From contig DBYN01000001.1 in the NCBI GenBank assembly GCA_002310415.1, positions 4,332-68,331 of the forward strand: a stretch of DNA of 64,000 nt, given 5' to 3'. The position numbers and the translations under genes are program-made. Positions 59,801-64,000 of the stretch are shown in pieces (position 1 is the first letter of the stretch; each line of letters starts with the position of its first letter). The notes under the pieces are model-generated. The model worked only from the letters and a program-made list of their open reading frames with translations. It ran no database searches and was not told where the DNA came from. The stretch comes from Alphaproteobacteria bacterium UBA1185 (GTDB lineage: Bacteria > Pseudomonadota > Alphaproteobacteria > Rs-D84).

Positions 59801-60375
59801 AATTTACGTAAAACATCATCTTCTATACGAACCAGCGCAGATTCTTCATGACTTGTTCTGAATCCATCAAAGAAATGCAAAAACGGAACACGTGTCCGCA
59901 ATGTAGCCATATGCGCAATTGCCGCCATATCATGTGCCTGTTGCACATTATGCGAAGATAACAAAGCAAAACCAGTTTGACGTACAGCCATAACATCACT
60001 GTGATCACCAAAAATAGATAATGCATGTGTAGCCAACGCACGCGCCGCAACATGTATGACACAAGGTGTCTGTTCACCTGCTATCTTGTACATATTTGGA
60101 ATCATCAACAACAAACCCTGGGATGCAGTAAAAGTTGTTGCAATGGAACCCATTTGTAAAACACCATGCAAAGCACCCGCTGCACCGGCTTCTGATTGCA
60201 TTTCGATTATATCAGGTATTACCCCCCAAATATTTTTTTTATGTTGAAAAGACCATTCGTCAGACAATTCACCCATTGTACTGCTGGGGGTTATTGGATA
60301 AATCGCAGCACAATCAACACATCTGTATGCAACATCAGCCGCCGCCCAGTTTCCATCAACTATCAATTTTGCCAT
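56878..60375 (-). CDS. nifJ: Pyruvate:ferredoxin (flavodoxin) oxidoreductase
   Basis: Start set at MAKLIVDGNWAAADVAYRC (ATG at 60373-60375). Two 4Fe-4S ferredoxin motifs are present (CIQCGKCSMLCPHGA; CTGCGLCMKNCPVEA). The TPP domain has GGDGWAYDIGYGGLDH. About 1165 aa, typical for single-chain PFOR. Confidence 0.93.
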   Translation of the reverse strand: MAKLIVDGNWAAADVAYRCVDCAAIYPITPSSTMGELSDEWSFQHKKNIWGVIPDIIEMQSEAGAAGALHGVLQMGSIATTFTASQGLLLMIPNMYKIAGEQTPCVIHVAARALATHALSIFGDHSDVMAVRQTGFALLSSHNVQQAHDMAAIAHMATLRTRVPFLHFFDGFRTSHEESALVRIEDDVLRKLIPDDLVAQNRARGMNPEKPKIRGTAQNPDVYFQSREAANSLYDNVPDIVQNCMDEFAKLTGRKYGLVHYVGDKNAKYVIVAMGSSCETIEETLNFLPAGVGLMRIHLFNPFPVKAFLKALPHSVQQIAVLDRTKEAGSIGEPLYQNVRAIVDSKIAVFGGRYGLGSKEFKPRDVKAIVEYMMRGELHHNFTVGIDDDLTHLSLNTDKSFTIENPDVKTAILYGIGSDGTVGAVKNIVKIVGENSDLYPQSYAVYDSKKSGGVTQSHIRFSHKPIKSEYLVESADFICVSNFMIAQRFDVFSALRPGGTVMINTSMNPDEAFINLPKSAQEHLIRMRANLYFLDANRAANELGLGNRINTFIMLNFFNLTNVIDVNVAKDAAKSAIEKTYKKKGMDVVQANWDAVDRADTYLTKYDFPSSVSELAPDFIPAMTLDTPTEIAGTLGEMAAGRGDDIPVSRFKIDGNFGAGQYPVGTAKYEKRALATRVANCDLSKCIQCGKCSMLCPHGAIRIKVMNKTDMEKAQKNGIVVVPMKTPELGADLFYTLNISPSDCTGCGLCMKNCPVEAISLIPMKDGIKNQKPFDLALKIPDIDKQKLNLNIPKHVELLPHYFEFPGACSGCGETPYIRLMAQLFGDKMVVANATGCSSIYGGNLPTTPWTCDENGRGPAWSNSLFEDNAEYGLGMRIALNQKRSALRSVLFELNISNVESLFAEKNVGNQRQIMRDLQKQLSQISDNRARYAESLLDAIVDKSVWIVGGDGWAYDIGYGGLDHILHSGENVNILVLDTEGYSNTGGQQSKSTPFGASMKFAIGGKTHAKKDLGLIAMMSGAYVAQIALGANQAQAIRAFKEAEEFDGPSIILAYAPCIAHGFALQNAVEHQINLVNTGAWPLFRFNPSVISDGKNPLTMDSCVDTPFPLEEFMKSETRFAAARSVNPNFDKLVEQAKSNNLYKVELKQHIANFAVKVKKDNGEG

Positions 60376-60451
60376 ATTAAAAAAACCTTTGCTTTCGAAC
60401 ACATATTTATCTGGCACAAATCTTACCGCTTTTGGCAAATGAAAGCAAGTT

Positions 60452-63400
60452 TTATTCTACTGATTCATCATGTGCATACCATGTTCCACCAGAATCAATA
60501 ATTACCAACTGATTATCTGATTCAGACGTTATTGTGTGTACAGTTTGTGACAATAACATGTGATATGTCTGACCGTCCTTGCGTGCAATCAAAGCCTTGG
60601 TATTGACACCCGGCAAACCATCAATCAAACACATCGTCGCGCCCATAACCGCCATTTCTGTACAATTGGATGCAGGTTCTGATTGAACAAGGCATCCACC
60701 AGTTTGTGCATCATATATGCAAATTATTTCATCACCTGTTTCGACATCAGTGTATACCAACCATAATGTTGGTTGATTTGGACAATTCGGTTCACCAGAA
60801 CAAGACTCACATTGCCCAGATATTTCTGGCTTTTGTCCGGCACCACACACAACAGAGGTATTAGCAGGAATACACGAAACCTTGCCAGACCAATCGGATT
60901 CAAAACCGGTTGTGTATTGAATCAACGGCGCAGTACACGATGTATCAAGATTGGTTCCTTCAAATATATATTCCATTGGGTCGTCGCCTGTATCAGGATA
61001 CGGATTTGGTGCCGTTAAATTTGCAAACAATGTTGGTGGCACATATCCGGACAAATTGGTCGCATCCATAAACATACCATAAAACATACCTTCTGCCGGT
61101 GTACCGGTAATATTCGGGAATAAACTGTTCGGCAGTTGTGTCAACGACGTACACCCATAAAAAGTAGCCCCAAACATACTCTGAACCCCTGTTACATCAC
61201 CCACCCCGGGGAACAGGTTTTCCGGTATTGATTGCAACGATGTACAATTAAAAAATGTATACGAATACATACCATCCGCCGCACCGGTTACGTGTTCAAA
61301 CAAAGTTGCAGGAATTGGGTTAGTTATTTTCGGATCTGCACCCAATTCCGTACATCCTTCGAATGTACCCCAAAACATGAAGTCTGCTGCATTTGTAATA
61401 CCATTGAATAAGCCCGCTGGGATAAATGTTATTTGGGTCTCTGCAAAAGTCATATAAAACATATATTCTGCCCCACCGGTTACATGTTCAAACAAAGTTT
61501 CAGGAATAGATGTTATCGGTGTATAAGCAAAAGTCATATAAAACATACCTTCTGCCCCACCGGTTACATGTTCAAACAAAGTTTCAGGAATAGATGTTAT
61601 CGGTGTATAAGCAAATGTCCCAGAAAACATACCTTCTGCCGCACCGGTTACACCGTCAAACAAATTTGCAGAAATTGATTTCAACGATGTACAACCATAA
61701 AATGTATTAAAAAATAAAGGTTGAGCAATTATTTGGTTATTTGAATTACGTATTGTTGGAAATACATGTCCCAAAGACCCACGCAATGCCGCAACAAACT
61801 CTCTTCCGTTTTCATAATATAATACACCTTCTACTTCGGAATAATCAGTGGCGGTTCCACCAATACTGATAGTATACGATTGCTGAGTCTCGTACGTATG
61901 TGTTATTGAAAGTCCAGAATCTTTTGATGTGGGTATAAACTCTACCGGACTGTTGTCACCCCAATCTATGAAAAATTTTCCAGCCGCAGATATATATAAA
62001 GTAAATTCACCAACTGTATCACTTGTTGTATCAATAAAGAATTCGTATTGTGGAATGGCTTCACATGAAACTTTGCCATTTAAATCATATTCTGGATTAT
62101 ATTGAAAGGTATTTGACGGACACGATTCCAACAACCCCGTATTACGAAATGTGTCATTATTGGCATAATTTTCGACTTCTTGGTCAAATGTCATGTTATC
62201 AAATATGCTGGCCGGTATATAATATGTACTGCTGCCATTAACCGCATTTTTACCAAGATTCGTATCGCCTGTAAACGTTTTTTCAAAAATTGAACCATCT
62301 ACTTCTGTACCACTTAAATTACCAAATAAATGATCTGGTATTGGCCCATACAAATTTTGGTTGTTATTAAATGTATATGCAAACATGTTGGGGGCAGGAT
62401 TGCCATAAATACCGGTAAACAAATTATCCGGTATTGTTCCAGTCAGATTTGGCAACCCATAAAATGTAAAAATAAATCGTGGCTGTACTTCTAATAAATC
62501 TGTACCAGTTAAATTTGCCGTATTATCCGACAAAGTTGGGAATATAGCCCCCAATGAACCATGTATACCGGTAACAATGTCTGAATCAAATCTGATTGCA
62601 GACGGTGGAATATCGTTTAATACAAACTCACTAGTTGGATACCCAGTTGCCAAACCGGTAATACTGATGGTGTGCTGTCCCGAATTCCAATAGTGACAAC
62701 AAACGCTACTTATATTTTCATCTGCATCCAATCTTGCGAAATAACCTTGGTAATAATCGGCCCATAAACCACCAACATCACCACAATCAAAAAAGAATTC
62801 CCCGGCGGCACCTACATCAAAACAAACTCTACCATACACCCCATCTTCATTTGGTTCGTCATTCGTGGTTACCGTTAATGTAAATGGAAAATTATTTGGT
62901 CGATCTACACATTCGGTGTACGCAGAATTAGCAACTTTACCATTTGGACATGCCGTACAAGCCTCTCTGCCTGAAAACCACTCTTCAAAACCTGTTTCGT
63001 ACGATATAGACGTTGGTGGACACATATCCACACCAGAATTTTCAAATACATCCGACATCTGATATTTTGCCGATTTTACGGGATCATTATTAATACCCGC
63101 AAATAAATCCGGTGGCACAGTTCCCGTTAAATTCCAACAATTATCAAACGTATATGCAAACATGTATTCTGCGGGGTCACCAGAAATGCCATAATACGTG
63201 CCATTAATTTTACGTCCAAACAAAGTACCAGGGATATTACCAGTTAAATTTTCACACGCTTCAAATGTCATCTCAAACATAGACGGTTGTGGGGTGCCTT
63301 TAATACCGTGATATGTACCATTAATAACCCGACCAAACAAGTTTCCCGGTATTGATCCTGATAAGCCCGAACAATTCGCAAAAGTCTTCGCAAACATACT

Positions 63401-64000
63401 TTCTTTTGCATCACCATTTATGCCAGCAAATAAATTTTCTGGAATAGATCCGGTCAATCCAGAACAATTCCAAAAAGTTCCATCAAACAGATTATTGGTT
63501 GGTGAGCCTTTGACACCATAATACGTTCCATTAACATAACGCCCAAACAAAGTTTCTGGAATTGAACCAGTTAAATTGTTATCACCACTAAAAGTTTCAC
63601 TAAACATAGAAAACGCCACACCATCAATACCAGAATACTCACCATTAACAACACGTCCGAACAAATCACCCGGGATAGTACCTCTTAACTCATTGCACCC
63701 TGCAAATGTGGAATCAAACATAAGGGCAGAAACACCGGTTATACCGGTAAACAAAGTTGGCGGAATTGCATAATATTTACCCGGATTATTTGGATCTGGT
63801 TCATCTGTATCAGCCATAAGTTCACATCCAAAAAATGTTTGATTGAATCTTGGGTTGGCAACTTCATTCGTACCAACGTTATTGCTTGTCGGGAATAAAG
63901 CCCCCAAAGATCCTTTGATCTTATATATATTTTGCGGTGTTCCTACACCATCGATATTTGCAAAAGTAATTGCAGGCAGATAACCAAGACCATTGTAACC
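60452..64000 (-). CDS. Giant surface protein with LRR-like (F-x-x-C-x-x-L-T-G-x-I-P-x-x-LF) repeats and Cys-rich inserts; 5' end lies beyond the window
   Basis: More than 1180 codons are open. The tracked start at 63907 is TTG, and hand translation upstream (..GYNGLGYLPAITFANIDGVGTPQNIYKIKGS-LGALFPT..) stays open to position 64000. There are dozens of repeats such as MFAKTFANCSGLSGSIPGNLFGRVINGTYHGIKG, reminiscent of BspA/LRR-type bacterial surface proteins. Cys-rich segments include ACTACPNGKVANSAYTEC and CGAGQKPEISGQCESCSGEPNCP. Confidence 0.75.
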   Translation of the reverse strand, partial: GYNGLGYLPAITFANIDGVGTPQNIYKIKGSLGALFPTSNNVGTNEVANPRFNQTFFGCELMADTDEPDPNNPGKYYAIPPTLFTGITGVSALMFDSTFAGCNELRGTIPGDLFGRVVNGEYSGIDGVAFSMFSETFSGDNNLTGSIPETLFGRYVNGTYYGVKGSPTNNLFDGTFWNCSGLTGSIPENLFAGINGDAKESMFAKTFANCSGLSGSIPGNLFGRVINGTYHGIKGTPQPSMFEMTFEACENLTGNIPGTLFGRKINGTYYGISGDPAEYMFAYTFDNCWNLTGTVPPDLFAGINNDPVKSAKYQMSDVFENSGVDMCPPTSISYETGFEEWFSGREACTACPNGKVANSAYTECVDRPNNFPFTLTVTTNDEPNEDGVYGRVCFDVGAAGEFFFDCGDVGGLWADYYQGYFARLDADENISSVCCHYWNSGQHTISITGLATGYPTSEFVLNDIPPSAIRFDSDIVTGIHGSLGAIFPTLSDNTANLTGTDLLEVQPRFIFTFYGLPNLTGTIPDNLFTGIYGNPAPNMFAYTFNNNQNLYGPIPDHLFGNLSGTEVDGSIFEKTFTGDTNLGKNAVNGSSTYYIPASIFDNMTFDQEVENYANNDTFRNTGLLESCPSNTFQYNPEYDLNGKVSCEAIPQYEFFIDTTSDTVGEFTLYISAAGKFFIDWGDNSPVEFIPTSKDSGLSITHTYETQQSYTISIGGTATDYSEVEGVLYYENGREFVAALRGSLGHVFPTIRNSNNQIIAQPLFFNTFYGCTSLKSISANLFDGVTGAAEGMFSGTFAYTPITSIPETLFEHVTGGAEGMFYMTFAYTPITSIPETLFEHVTGGAEYMFYMTFAETQITFIPAGLFNGITNAADFMFWGTFEGCTELGADPKITNPIPATLFEHVTGAADGMYSYTFFNCTSLQSIPENLFPGVGDVTGVQSMFGATFYGCTSLTQLPNSLFPNITGTPAEGMFYGMFMDATNLSGYVPPTLFANLTAPNPYPDTGDDPMEYIFEGTNLDTSCTAPLIQYTTGFESDWSGKVSCIPANTSVVCGAGQKPEISGQCESCSGEPNCPNQPTLWLVYTDVETGDEIICIYDAQTGGCLVQSEPASNCTEMAVMGATMCLIDGLPGVNTKALIARKDGQTYHMLLSQTVHTITSESDNQLVIIDSGGTWYAHDESVE
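61443..61694 (-). repeat. 84-nt in-frame tandem repeat (3 units, first two nearly identical) within the giant surface-protein gene
   Basis: Units start at 61443, 61527 and 61611 on the plus strand and encode ITSIPETLFEHVTGGAEGMFYMTFAYTP. Units 1 and 2 differ at only a few bases. Confidence 0.9.

Overview
This is a low-GC, densely coding bacterial window with about 60 CDS and 2 tRNA genes. I found no rRNA, no CRISPR array and no transposase. The housekeeping backbone looks alphaproteobacterium-like: grpE, tpiA, ppiD-like, recO, ligA, a class A PBP, rho, lptC-lptB, eno, prmC, tilS-ftsH, groES-groEL, rpsF-rpsR-rplI, ssb, carD, bamE and DUF374. An anaerobe-type pyruvate:ferredoxin oxidoreductase and a signal-peptide choloylglycine-hydrolase fragment at the left edge suggest an anaerobic, possibly gut or host-associated lineage. 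That taxonomic and lifestyle reading is inference only.

Lineage-specific material is interspersed with the backbone:
- (a) A tight four-gene operon (4141-8748) encodes signal-peptide proteins. They are built from a recurring cysteine module (C-x6-8-C-x4-C-x6-11-C) and glycine-zipper segments. A related protein lies at 26538-27518 and a compositionally similar one at 31084-31908. The operon sits divergently from a 1236-aa ankyrin-repeat, autotransporter-like protein.
- (b) A secreted protein with about 30 cysteines carries furin/ephrin-receptor-like repeats (13593-14816).
- (c) Two tRNA-Pro loci share a conserved downstream element. One of them also has a duplicated tRNA 3' end plus terminator.
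- (d) An overlapped pair of small genes resembles phage spanins (27522-27885).
- (e) An islet carries a PcfJ-like protein (34516-36906).
- (f) A small serine recombinase sits next to a trimeric-autotransporter adhesin with 72-nt tandem repeats and a truncated methyltransferase (43681-46850).
- (g) An orphan MotA/MotB-like pair has unusual extra domains (51181-53522).
- (h) A surface protein of more than 1150 aa has LRR-like repeats, including near-identical 84-nt tandem units, and runs off the right edge.

My best candidate for an undescribed system is the cysteine-module/glycine-zipper secreted operon and its paralogs. The stator-like pair and the recombinase-adhesin locus come next. All functional calls rest on motifs read by eye in the supplied translations. 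No database search was run.
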